Assembly (NCBI RefSeq): GCF_018350175.1 | Contig: NC_058368.1 | Span: forward strand, 201,378,001-201,442,000 | Direction: 5' to 3' | From: Felis catus | Taxonomy: Eukaryota | DNA: 64,000 bases | Part shown: positions 25,531 to 37,910 of the stretch, one piece after another | Layout of the letters: each line of letters starts with the position of its first letter | How positions within the stretch are numbered: the stretch's first letter is position 1 | Position numbers and translations under genes: made by a program | Notes under the pieces: model-generated | Told to the model about the DNA's origin: nothing | Databases searched by the model: none | What the model saw: only the letters and a program-made list of their open reading frames with translations

Positions 25531-27204
25531 TTAGTGATTAGAAAACAGTTTCTTTCTAAATCTCTGAAGGTTTTTTTTTTTTATTTTTCAGTTCAAACCA
25601 TGTTTTTGGTGAATTTAGAGAATTTAAGTACAAAATGAGACTTTATTTCTTTGCCCTTGGAAATTTTGTTTGCATTCTCCTAGCTACTGAGGCAAAAACA
25701 TCATGTCATTCAGAAACCTGGATAGTCTATACAAACAATGTAGAAAATTATAACTCCTGAAACTGTTTTCAATGAAAATAGAATCAGCAGTTACATAATA
25801 TACACAAGTGTTGAGAATTAATTTTGTACGTATAAGAAGATGGACTTTGCCCTCTATAATTTATGAGAGTACATAAAACACATAAACGTCATCTTCTTCA
25901 TTGGCCATCTGTGAACCCAGGTACGTGGAGAATGTGGGTAAAGGCCCAGGAGCTCCCTCTCAGAAACCCACCTGCCACTTTGGCCATCTGCTCCGGAAAT
26001 TGCAGTCAGCACTCACAGAGTCTGCAACAATCCCCAGTCTTGCACATCAGCCATCCTCTGGGGCACCTATTATCTGGACCAGTGCTGGTATTGGTACGAC
26101 TCCTCCTGGATGCTTCTTCCTTCTGTCCTGAATTCCTACTTAGATTTCTCTTCTCCCCTGTGTGAGACCGTCCCATGTCTATGCCATGAGAGGGACAAAT
26201 TCCCATGATTACATCTAAGACCTAGGATTTCCCCATTATTTCTGTTGTTCTCTTTAATAAAGAAATAGCTTGAATGCTAGCCTAACTGTATGAATGAGGT
26301 TGGAGTTCTTCTTACCTATTTCTTGGATTCTTTCTATAGATGAGAAAATGCAGTATCTCTGAAGTAGATAAAAACAATCCTAACCAAAATTTCCTTAACA
26401 TGGAAATTATTTGTTTCATGGTTTCATGGGAATATAGTGTTGAGGACTGAGGAAGGGCATTTCATCATCAAAGCACTTTATAATTGAACATTTAGAGCAC
26501 TTGGGTTTCTTTTCTTCCTGTTCCGGAAGGTCAAACTGCAAAAGCCATTTAATCCAGTTATTTGACTTTTTGTCTCTCATCAATACTGGAGGCAAATTGT
26601 TGGCATAAATGACTTTTCTTAACAGACATGTTAGTGACCTTTTGGCTGAGAGTACGTCCACCTAGAAAAGTTCATTGTATAGGCACTTTAATGGGTTGTC
26701 CTATAAGTCACCAAGTTGTAGGAATACCCGCTTCTGTGTCTGCACACCTTTGGAACTCTGAAACCTATTCAATTTAACATTGTTGTTGGTATTATTGCCA
26801 TCCCAAGTTACTGCTACATGGTCATTATGCCTTTTACACTTCTGGAATGATCAATTCTTAGGCAAGCAGAGCAAAAAATACTCCTACTCTCTTAAATATA
26901 AAGAGCTACATCTTTGACTGCCAGCAATTTTAAGCCTGCCATTCTCCTGATCTGAGAGGAAGTGCTTTAAGCAAATTAAGTGACTCATTATCATTCCCTG
27001 AGTCATGATTGTATTTATCATCAATATATGAGGCAGAGGAAGGCATGGTTCTTTCCCCAAGTTCCCAGTGATGTTATTCGTGCACTTACAGAACAGTTCA
27101 TTAAAATCATTTTTCCGAAGCAACTGCTGAATGGCAAGTTATATGAACAAGGAAGGAAGAAAAGATCCATCCAAGCACAAGGGCACATGTGATCTATCTA
27201 GGGC

Positions 27205-27615
27205 ACTGCAGCCTTTGTTTCTTGAAAGCAGGAACAGCTATAATGCAGAGAGAAATCTAAATGGCCACTAATAGGGAAATGGGGAAGTAAACTGTGATAT
27301 ACTCACATAATAATATTATACAGTCATTTAAAATTAAGTGTACAAAGATAATGGCATAACAGCATGGGCAATGCTTATGGTATAAAATTATTTTTTAAAT
27401 GCAGGATATAATCTATTTGCCCAGATGGATCTTAACTGTTTAAAAGTACATGCATTGAAAATAAATGGAAAGTAAATTCAACAAGATGTTATCAGGGACC
27501 ATCTCTGGATATTGATATTATGTGTGTGATCACTATTTGTTACATCTATTTCTATGTCTTTCAAATTTTCTATCAATGATTATATATTAATTCAATTTTC
27601 AGAAAGGAAAAGAAA
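27205..27615 (+). mobile_element. old L1 (L1ME4-like) 3' end
   Basis: ctaaatggccactaatagggaaatgg...aaactgtgatatactcac...caagatgttatcagggaccatctctgg...ttcaaattttcta. Confidence 0.7.
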
Positions 27616-27642
27616 ATTTTTTCAGAAGAAAATTAAAGAAAG

Positions 27643-27847
27643 ATTTTAATGTTTATTTCTTTTTGAGAGAGAGAGAGACAGAACGTGATTAGGGGAGGCG
27701 CAGAGAGAGGGAGACACAGAATCTGAAGCAGGCTCCAGGCTCCCAGCTGTCAGCACAGAGCCAGACAAGGGCTTGAACCCATAAACCGTGAGATCATGAC
27801 CTGAGCCGAAGTTGGCTGCTCAAGGGACTGAGCCACCCAGGCGCCCC
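27643..27847 (-). mobile_element. CAN-SINE
   Basis: Full antisense SINE ending ccacccaggcgcccc, with a degenerate agaagaaa(a)tt TSD. Confidence 0.93.
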
Positions 27848-28314
27848 TATTAGAAGAAATTTTGATAAAGGAAGAGATTGAATTGAATAGTAAAATGTCC
27901 TTCAGTGTTAAATACAGAACATATCATAGATTAATTTGAAGTGGAGTTTTGTTTTTTCTTTTTTTGAGTAGAGGAGACTATCGTTTAAGAGAAGAAGTTC
28001 TTAAGATGAAAAAAAAGGTCAGTCATGAAATAGCAGATGTGTAACCACTGTGTAACCAGAGGAATTTTGGACATCTGACATCTGTCTTAAGCAAATTCTT
28101 GGAAATAAGAAGATCTAGGGGAAACATAAAGTGAATTTCCTTACAAAAGAAAGGCATTGAGAAGTTGTGGAGATTTGCACACAGTGTTTATCAATCTTTT
28201 AAAACAAAACAAAAAACCAAATCCCCTTTTGATCAAAATGAAAAATTTCTGAGTAGCTCCAGCCATATATTTAACTTAAAATTATTTAGTATTATCCAGT
28301 TCAGTTTGTTTTAG

Positions 28315-28898
28315 TTCAATTAACAAATATTTATTGAAAAACGTATCTTCCTGATTCAGTACTAGGTACTAGGAATACTGGGATAGCAAGAGAGGAAAAA
28401 AGGTCTTCACAGAATTTACACACAGATACTCCAGTGTGGCTTGTGTCAGGAGAGAGGAAGTGTGGGAGGAAGTGCAGGATACGCAGGGGGAATCCAGAGA
28501 CCTGACCCCGGACCCGGAAGCAGCTTGCCCCGGAATAATTCCTGAAGGAAGTGAAGTAGGAAGTAGGTACCAATGCACATGTGTATGTGTGCACATACAT
28601 GCTCATGTGTGGGTTAGTGACCAGGAGGCTTGGGAACTGGGTTGAGACTAACGTGTATGTACAAAGAGCAGTTGAAAAGAGACGGCATGGCGCATTTGAA
28701 AAAAAGGAAAAAGTTTGCTTTGGCTCAAGCTCAAAGTCTGAATTAGGAACTAAAAAGAGAAGACATGAAAGAGGTAAAAAAGACAGCCTATGGAATTTAA
28801 GAACTGGAATTCATCTTCCAGGAAATGGGAAGATGTTGAAGGGTGTAGAGGGGAAAATCATTTGCTCATATTTGGGTTAAGAAGCCTACCTTGACTGT
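28315..28898 (-). mobile_element. L2 3' fragment
   Basis: ttcaattaacaaatatttattg...tactaggtactagg...cttcacagaatttaca...catcttccaggaaatgggaagatgttgaaggg. Confidence 0.7.
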
Positions 28899-29193
28899 AA
28901 CAGCTTTGCTTTCTGTATCTTATTTTATGAAAATAGAGGGTTTTTTTTCTAAATAGGTAATTATGCTAAACATATTATGCTTCTGAAGTTAACCCTCTCC
29001 CACCTTCTAATACATTTTCCAAGAGCAGGTTTGCACTTGTAAGGAGAGTTTAGAATGACTGATCTTGAATGAGAAAACCTAGAAAAATCTCAAATACTTT
29101 TATGTCTAGGCATAAATGATGAGGGTGGTCACTGATGAGTTAAAATTGATGAATTTCATCATCTGTGAGCCAGTTCAAGTCACTTTGCTTTTA

Positions 29194-29421
29194 TTTTTTT
29201 TTTTTATTTTTCTTTCAACGTTTTTTATTTATTTTTGGGACAGAGAGAGACAGAGCATGAACAGGGGAGGGGCAGAGAGAGAGGGAGACACAGAATCGGA
29301 AACAGGCTCCAGGCTCCGAGCCATCAGCCCAGAGCCTGACACGGGGCTCGAACTCACGGACCGCGAGATCATGACCTGGCTGAAGTCGGACGCTTAACCA
29401 ACTGCGCCACCCAGGCGCCCC
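29194..29421 (-). mobile_element. young felid SINEC_Fc
   Basis: CpG-rich and close to consensus, with diagnostic tgcgccaccc and gacctggctgaag. Perfect 15-bp TSD gtcactttgctttta at 29179-29193 and 29422-29436. Confidence 0.97.
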
Positions 29422-30677
29422 GTCACTTTGCTTTTAAAGAGGAGTCAGGGAACATTTACTCCTTAGTAACATAAGAAGAGTGATATAAAGGACTTGTTCT
29501 CTCTCCCTTCCCAGGCTCCCTTCTCTTCCTTTCTTTTGGCGTTTTTCCCTTTCTGTCTCCCTCTTTCTCTTCTTTCCTCCTTTCCTTCTTCCTTTCATTT
29601 TGCTAATATTTACTAAGCATTTATCACTAGAAGAGATATTGATGATACAGTGTTTATAATCTAACTGGGTGTTTATATTCTGGGAAGATTTGAAAACAAG
29701 GGAAAAAGAATTGGTCAAGAAAAACAAAAAGTGAGGCAGTGTGTCATGAAATGCCAAAATAAGCAATGCAAAATTTAAATTTCCTAATTCTAAGCAGAAT
29801 TTTAAATTTTCCATTCTAAGCGGAAAAGAGGTTTGTGAGTGAGAATTGCTGCAAAGGGCTAGATTTGACTACGTAGGCTTGGATTTGGAAAATTTTAAAT
29901 AAATTTGTAATATAAAAAACCTGCCCAAGTGAGAAACAATCATTTGCAAAGGCTGTTATTATTGTTGATAATAAAATCTTAATGTTGAAATTCAAGGGCT
30001 TGAAGACAGGAGTCATAGAAAATTCTCAAATTGTTTATTTGCAGTGGTTCAGAGGGGAAGTCACTTTCTCTGGAGTCTATTTTCTGCCAAACAGAGCCTT
30101 TGAATGATGTAAGAGATGAGCAGTTGAGCCTGAATATGTTTTAGTTAACGGAAAAATAAAACTGAAACTTTTTGACCTTGTATACACAACTTTACCTCAG
30201 TCATATATTCCAATCGAGATATTTACTCCATTAAATTCTGATATTTTCCAAAACTTTGCGTGAGAAGGGTCATTAATTTCTTCTTTAAATACTATTCATA
30301 GTGTCAGCATTATTAAATAACATAAAAAAACTTTTCTTCTGGTACTCAATAATGTTCTTAAGTAATATATGGGCTTATAAGTTCAAGTTATTCAAATTCA
30401 AAAGTTTCACATCTGAAACATTATTAATGAACTGATTGATTAGTCTGTGTTCCACTTTAAGGGCCTCCTAATATCTCGAGGCTGTTTTAATGATGACACT
30501 CTGTGAGAGCATTAATAGTTTTATGCTCATTTTGCCAATTTCCAGGGTGCTCTTGGATTTTTAAGTGATAATAACACCTTTTGTGATAGCTGATCAGCAA
30601 GCTTTAACATTTATTCATAGATGTGATTCTCACCATTAGTAAGTTCATTTGAAAGCTTCGGTTAAAATTATTTAAAT

Positions 30678-30885
30678 GTATTCTAGCCTCAGCATTATTG
30701 ACTCTGGGAGCTGGATAATTTTGTTGTGGGAGGCCATCTTGTGCCTCATAGGATATTTATCAGCTGAGTTCCACCAGCCGGTAGTCAGGAACACTTCCCT
30801 ACATTGGACGATCAGTAACATCTCTGGACATTGGAAAACATCTCCTTATGGAGCGAAATTGCCCCCAGATGAGAGAGAACCACTG
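30678..30885 (-). mobile_element. MER20 (hAT-Charlie)
   Basis: cctcagcattattgac...ggataattttgttgtggg...catctctggacattgg...aaattgccccca...gagaaccactg. Confidence 0.8.
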
Positions 30886-33858
30886 ACTTAGGGCTGTCCT
30901 TGCAGACTTGTCAGTAACTCCAACTTGGCAAATTTAAGACAGCAGCTTTGATCTAACATATTGGTTTCACGAGGCATGGTATATGTACGGGCATTAAAGC
31001 CTGATATTAAGTTTCCAGTTTTTGATGACTTGGGCAATAAAAATTTATGAACTTAGATTTAGTCAGTTTTGCATTTCCTTTCTTTTGTACCATCATTAGA
31101 ATGAAGAAAATCTGCAACAAACAATCCAATTCCTCTAAGTATGAGCCTTGAGTTGCCACAGAGGTAAGAAGTATTCTTTAAATTATCCAAAGTTTGACAA
31201 CGTTCCTTATATTATCCTTACTGTACTGTTATGCTAACACAGCTTTTACAAATATTTTCATTAATTAACTTATTTATTTGGTCTCTGCAAGGTAGAGCTG
31301 CTTGATTAGGAGTTTATTACTTGGTTCTAGCTTTTGTTCCTAACTGAACGACATATTTTTTACCCAGAGAACTTTAAACCAAGTCTACTTAAAAACTGTG
31401 TTTTCAGATGTTTAACATAATACGTATATAGCAAACGTTACTGGGATGGATCTAATACCACAAAAGTAACTAAAGCTGAACCTACTGATATATCTCATAA
31501 TTGTTTCTTTAGGAAAGGTTCAATTTCAGTGTTACATAGCTTTAAATATGGTGCAGAAAAAGCTACAAAAAGTTTTTTAATTTTGAGATTTGGATATGAT
31601 ACTTATTTATAAGTATATACACTTTTATACTTACTTTTATATGTACCAAAAGCAATTTATGTGCTGATATACTCACTTCTGATTAAGCACACTTCAGAAT
31701 ATTTCTAATTTAATTGCTTATATATCAATGATGTCTTTTTCCCCCCAAGCAGAATTTCTCTTTATTCCAAAATTCACTACTACCAGGCAACCTACACACT
31801 GATAATTTCTTAATGTAATGGGAATGTTTTTTGTTTGAAAAGAATTTTTATGTTCTTTTTACCCTGTAACAAATTTCTGTGTCTCTGAGCATATGGTTAA
31901 GAGGAAAAAGATATGCTTACATAGTGTCGTTTCCATAATGGAAACACAACTTCATCTAATTCTGTTCTGTTAAATGTTTATGTGTAATTTCTTTCTAATG
32001 CAAGGAATTTCAATATATACAAATATTCAGCATAAAATACATACATCTATATGTATATACCAAATATAAACCAAGTTATCAAAAGATAATTAGGTGAGAC
32101 ATGTATGTTTTGTCATAATTAATATTCTGTCAATAGGGTAGATAAGAAAACTCCAAGGGTTAATGTTTGCTGGGCTTCCAGATACTGTTGCCAGTGAATT
32201 TTTCTAGCTCACTCCATTAATCCAGTCAGCACAATGGATCAGGCTAGAGATGTGTCTCCATAAATCACTCTGAAGTACTGGGGGTAGGAGTATCTAATTA
32301 ATCAGCACTGTCATTATGTTTGACTTGTAGCTGCCTTACTGTGTTTGGGATGGAGATTCAGTGTGTTTAACCCACATGCTCTTAAACAGATCTCCAGTGG
32401 TGTGTAAATTTTAACCCATTTACAGAAAAAGTCAACCAGTGTGATTCGACCATATTTTTCAATGGCAATATGTCTTTTAAAGATATGACCCTTCATTAGG
32501 TTTAGTTAAATTTCCATCCACCACAGTAGATCTCCTTCTGTAGTATTAACAAACAAGACATATTTGAATATTATTCTGTATGTTAATGTCATGATCAGGA
32601 CAAAAATACGTCTTAAAATATTTTCTTAACCAATGGAATAGCACACTTTAGAAATGGAAAGAACTTTCAGATTGTATTGTCACCATCAGTGAAAATTTAA
32701 TTACTGGATATTTAATTTCTGCTCTTGAATTTCATTACTTTTAGATCATATATTTTCATATAGTACTTTTACTTTATAAGAATATTCACTAATAACTAGT
32801 TTTTATAGTTTTAAAAAATCATGTAACAAGATATTACCCATTTTGCAAATGAGTAAACTATCTCAAAGACTTGCTCAAGGGCTTATAGCTAATATAAGGT
32901 TGAGCTCAGTGTAGATCATGTTTCATATCACTTGGATTACCAAGAACATGTGAGGGATAGATTGTAAAATAAATAGATTTTTACACATAGCTTGAGAAAA
33001 ACACCATTATTTTATACAACACCCAATATCTTTTATGACAGCTAATTACTAAATAATGGTATAAAATTAGAACTCTTATCCACAAAAACATAAAATGTAG
33101 GTAGTACTATTAGCTTTGTAAAAAATTAAGTAGTTTTGGATTTCTCTAATGTACATACACACACACACACACACGCATACACACACACACACATATGGCA
33201 GATGATTTCCAGTAAGCATGTCCATCTTGACAAGGATGTGAGGGAGTTGCTCTTTGGAGGAGAAATTCTTATTCTAATAGCGATACAATCAGGTGTCAAA
33301 TATTTTTGGAATTCCTGTTTTGATCATTCTCAACAATGTTGAAACTTGATTCTCCAAAAATGTATTTTATTGTCAATAAAAGCCAAATGTCCTTCAGATG
33401 TAATATGGTGACTGGGTATATGAACTATCTGGATAATGCTGAAGAGAATAAAATTGACAAGAGGAACTGTAGAACAGTACATCAATTTATCTTGTAAAAT
33501 TTTACTCAGGAAGCAAATTATGTGTTCTGGCATGTGTCAGAAAGGTAAGGGTAAGTCTGTTAACAAAAGTGTATTTGTCTTAATCCTAAATAAAAAATAA
33601 CTCATACTTGGATCACCTGTGCTGTTATTTCAGCTCAATAATAGAGAATTATCAAATATATAGACAGATATAAATGTGGATATATAATAGATATATATGC
33701 ATATATGTCATATGTTTACATATGTATAACATATAATATATAAAAGCATGCATACTTAGGTTATATGCTTAATTAATATTATACATAGAACATAATATAT
33801 AATTCTGCATAGTATTGTACTTAATAATAACCTCTAGATATTAACTTATTTTCATATG

Positions 33859-34091
33859 CAGTAAAACCTTGGATTGTGAGTTACTTGTTCTGCAAGTGTT
33901 CTGCAAGACAAGAAAACATTTCTAAGAAATTTTAACTTGAGAAATGAGTGTTGTCTTGCAATACATGACACCAAACATCACGTGATCACAACTGAGACAA
34001 AAGGTTTTTGAGATTTGCTTTGAAATACAAGTGCTTTGGATTACAAACATGTTTATGAAACAACTTATGCTCACAAACCAAGGTTCTACTC
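33859..34091. mobile_element. Tigger/pogo-like MITE (non-autonomous DNA transposon)
   Basis: Terminal inverted repeats cagtaaaaccttggattgtgag (33859-33880) and ctcacaaaccaaggttctactc (34070-34091), 19/22 complementary. CAGT terminus, set in TA-rich DNA. Confidence 0.75.
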
Positions 34092-34093
34092 TT

Positions 34094-34111
34094 TATATAT
34101 ATATATACATG

Positions 34112-34151
<40 letters not shown>

Positions 34152-34152
34152 T
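34094..34152. repeat. (TA)n microsatellite
   Basis: Seen directly. Confidence 0.9.
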
Positions 34153-34205
34153 GCTCTGTTCCTTTTTTAAAAGGAGCTCTTATGCTCTGTTCCTTTTTTA
34201 AAAAA

Positions 34206-34424
34206 TCTTTTTGAATGTTTATTTATTTTCGAGAGAGAGAGAGAGAAAAACAGAGCATGAGCGGGGGAGGGGCAGAGAGAGAGAGGGAGACACAAAACCC
34301 GAAGCAGGCTGCAGGCTCTGAGCTGTCAGCACAGAGCCCAATGTGGGGCTTGAACTCACGAACCGTGAGATCATGACCTGAGCCAAAGTTGGACGCTCAA
34401 CCGACTGAGCCACCCAGGCGCCCC
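34206..34424 (-). mobile_element. CAN-SINE
   Basis: Full antisense SINE, TSD tgctctgttcctttt. Confidence 0.95.
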
Positions 34425-34777
34425 AATTTTGCTCTGTTCCTTTTAATCAAAGTTGGTGTTGGCACCTCTCATTAAATCAATAATTCGATAAATATTCAAT
34501 CATCAAAAGATTGATTTACTTTTTCTATCCAATGATCAGGATAGATCAACTAGTAATTCTCCATCCTATTCTGACTGAAAGCACATATTAGGAAGTTAAA
34601 TGGATGACAAGTTTACTTGTGATTATGTAACAGAGGAACTCTATCTAATGATTTAGGGGAACAGGCTTCTTATGTTGGTCACACACTAGCTAACTGATCT
34701 AATCAGCTTTGCTGGAAGATTTTAGAAATTGAAGAGTAACTAAAAAAAAATTTATTTACCCAATAGTGTCACAAGTT

Positions 34778-34872
34778 GGGGTGCTTGGCTGGCTCAGTCG
34801 GTACAGCATGCTACTCTCGATCTCAGGGTCATGAGTTCAAGCCCCACACTGAGTGTAGAGCTTGCTTTAAAA
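34778..34872 (+). mobile_element. short tRNA-derived carnivore SINE (SINEC_old-like)
   Basis: ggggtgcttggctggctcagtcggta...gagttcaagccccacactgagtgtagag plus A tail. Pol III A and B boxes present, no (CT)n segment. Confidence 0.85.
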
Positions 34873-35469
34873 ATGATGTTACAACTCCGTAGTGACAGAA
34901 TAGTAAATTCCATAAAATGATTTGTTCAAGTCATGGAAAGGAATGTATTATCCCCTGGTGTCCCTCCTTATGCAAATGTAAATTTTCTAGTGATTTTCTA
35001 CTAAATGATTAGTACTTCTCAGCACAAATCTGAAAAAACACTTCAGATCTTTAAGAATTATTGGAAATGTCAAAGACAAAACCCTAAATATATATACCTT
35101 CCTATAGATTCTGAGCTTTGGGTAGAAGGAGTTTTGCGAGATAAAGTTTCTTGCAGAATGTCACATATGAAAGCAAATATAATCCTTAAAATTTTAAACT
35201 CATAACATTATGTTGGCTATGGCTTTTAAAATACCATTATATTGTTTTGGAAGGAGCTGACTTATTCATAGTGAATCTGGACAAGCTTCTGACTATAAGT
35301 TTGTGAGGTGTTGGTCATTTATGTTTCACTTTATTTCCTGATACGTATAATGTTGAACCTATCTTACGTGCAGGCTACTCTGCTGGTTTCTGAGTAAAAT
35401 ATATGAATAAAGTTCCCCTCAGTTGCATTTCTTAATAATTTTCATATATATGTAAATATAAGTTTTAAA

Positions 35470-35652
35470 GTGTTTATTTATTTTGAGAGTGCACGTGCAT
35501 GAGGGGAGAGTTGCAGAGGGAGAGAGAGAATCTCAAGCAGCCTCCACGCCCAGTGTGGATCCCCATGCGGGGTTCAATCTCACAACCATGAGTTCATGAC
35601 CTGAGCAGAAATCAAGAGTCAGAGGTTTAAGCAACTCAGCCACACAGGCGCC
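35470..35652 (-). mobile_element. CAN-SINE (older type)
   Basis: gagaatctcaagcag...catgacctgagcagaaatcaagagtc...gccacacaggcgcc. TSD taaatataa(gt/tc)tttaaa. Confidence 0.9.
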
Positions 35653-35939
35653 TTTAAATATAATCTTTAAAATTTCTCTGCTGTCAAATAACATGAGTAT
35701 TTATGAGAGATATATGTGAGTGTTTCTCAAAGATAAAGATAAGTTTTGATTAGGGTTAAATTTCAGTTTTCCTAATTTTACTGAAATTTCATATGCTCAG
35801 CATCAAAAGAAACATACTTTATACACATCATCTGCTTAGTATGATCATTTTACTTTTCTAATGGGCCAGAAAGTGTTTGGTTCCATCAAGTAAGTTTTTT
35901 CTAGAGTTAAAATACTTTAACCCTTGTGTGAAGTTTCTT

Positions 35940-36605
35940 TTATCAGTGAATAGTTTGGGGAATCTACCCTTATGGTGTGCCCTGTAAAGAAAGAGGAAAT
36001 AGAAACCCTGTTCTTAAAGCCATGAGACTAATTGGTGGATAAAACATAGGTAATCACAAACATGATGATAATACAATGAAACACAGTGCAGGGGCTAATG
36101 ATCACTGAAAAGCAGGGTGTCAGGGATGAGGAAGAAACACCTACAGTTGAGGAAATCAGGCAGGTGGACTGAGGCAGTTTCCCGTGTGGTTGGAAGGGAG
36201 GTCTTTTCGAGCATGAGAAATAATGATGGTTTAGGCAGAAATAACGAAGTAGGAATATTCAGAGCACTCCAAGTAGAGCGGTCCACCTTGAGTGATGAGT
36301 GGGAGATAATGACAGAAAGTGAGGTTGAAGCAGGATGACCAAAAGCCCTGAATTGTAGCAGAGCAGTTACAGAATTACCCTATGAGCTCTGTGCAGCCAG
36401 CACCTCCTTCGGATGAGATTAGTAATAAAATGAATTTTTGTAAAAAGATTAACCTAGTGTCTATGCGTAGAGATGTGAGTGTGGGAGGTGTGAACTCAGA
36501 AGGAACAGTTAGGAGGCTTCTGAAAGAGGAATTGAGATGGGAAGGTATAAGGACTAGGAATAGAGTAGTGACAGTAGGAGCTGCCCAGAAGAGAGGAGCA
36601 TGAGA
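35940..36605 (-). mobile_element. L2 fragment
   Basis: Purine-rich antisense L2 3' region (aaaccctgttcttaaag...gactaattggtgg...gaaggaacagttaggaggct...gtagtgacagtagga). Confidence 0.55.
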
Positions 36606-36640
36606 GCAGTTGTGTAAGAGTTATCTTCAGCGCTTTATTA

Positions 36641-37037
36641 GGGGCACTGGGTGGCTCAGTGGGTTAAGCGTCCCACTTTGGCTCAGGTCATGATCTCCTG
36701 GCTTGCCTGTGCTGACAGCTCAAGAGTCTGGAACCTGCTTCGGATTCTGTCTCCCTCTGTCTCTGCCCCTCCCCCACCATGATCTGTCTCTTTCTCTTTC
36801 TCTCAAAAGTTAATAAACATGTTTTCTTAATTTTTTTTAACATTTATTTATTATTGAGACACAGAGACAGAGCATGAGCATGGGAGGGGCAGAGAGAGGA
36901 GGAGACACAAAATCCAAAGCAGGATTGGATCTCAACGAACTGTGAGATCATGACCTGAGCCAAAGTCAGACGCTCAACTGACTGAGCCACCCAGGCTCCC
37001 CAAAAGTAAATAAATATTTTTAAAAATTAAAAAAAAA
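36641..37037 (+). mobile_element. CAN-SINE whose A tail is interrupted by a second SINE
   Basis: Outer TSD ttatcttcagc(g/a)ctt at 36621 and 37038. Confidence 0.92.
36825..37001 (-). mobile_element. nested CAN-SINE (internally deleted)
   Basis: Inner TSD aaaagt(t/a)aataaa(c/t)at at 36805 and 37002. Confidence 0.92.
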
Positions 37038-37866
37038 TTATCTTCAGCACTTCTAAGTAACTCATTTTTATCAAGTCCTAGCCTATGACGGAGAGGGCTT
37101 CCAAAATTAACTATTAGGGGAGGGGGCTGTTAGGGTGATTGAAAATCTCACAGTAACAATATTGAATAAAATAAGAAAGTCAGAGAAGAAAAACGTTTTT
37201 TAAAACCTCAGTTTTTACTTTAGGCATGGCGACTTAAAAGTGATATTGGGGAACACAGGAAGTTTTCTTTATCACAGTCAAATCAATCCACGCCCATGAA
37301 GTGAAGTGCTTTTGGGATAATTGCCTCATTATTTTGACCAATGTGAAAATCTAATGTGGATTTCAATTTTTAATTATGGTTTTGGAATTAAATTATTTAA
37401 TTTGTTGTCTGTAGCAGAAGCCATCATTCTCAGTTATTTACCCATTATGCTTTCACATACAGAGTCAATTTATATGTGTGTATGTGTGTAATTTTTGCAT
37501 TGAAAGTATAACTTAAATCATAAGTATATGTTTTCTTTTCATTTTTGATATGTATTCTGACTAAAAATTAACTTAGTATATAGTAAACATCACAAAAAAA
37601 AATTTCTGCTGGCATATTACATTGTTTTTAACTGCAGAACATTTATTGACTCAAGGTTAAAACTATTTTAAATTTGTACTTACAAAAAAGGATTAGTGTT
37701 TAAGATGTATTATTACAGTAACACATTTAGATTCATTACCCTAGAAAATTCTCTTCTAATATACAGAAAAGAAAAATAGATTAACCAGTTATGTTGCTTT
37801 TCGCAGTAAGATGACCATAATGGACCCTGATTGCAGAAATAAAGGTATTCTAGTGTTAAAGACTTT

Positions 37867-37868
<2 letters not shown>

Positions 37869-37908
<40 letters not shown>
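37869..37908. repeat. (CA)n microsatellite
   Basis: About 20 units, seen directly. Confidence 0.92.

Positions 37909-37910
<2 letters not shown>

Noticed and set aside
25863..25908. Minus-strand ATGGCCAATGAAGAAGATGAC (MANEEDD, like the POLR3E N-terminus)
   Set aside because: Similarity stops after 7 codons and a stop follows shortly. There is no further homology, so it is probably chance.
34778..34860. Functional tRNA gene
   Set aside because: It has A/B boxes but SINE-specific sequence, an A tail and a TSD. It is a tRNA-derived SINE, not a clean cloverleaf.
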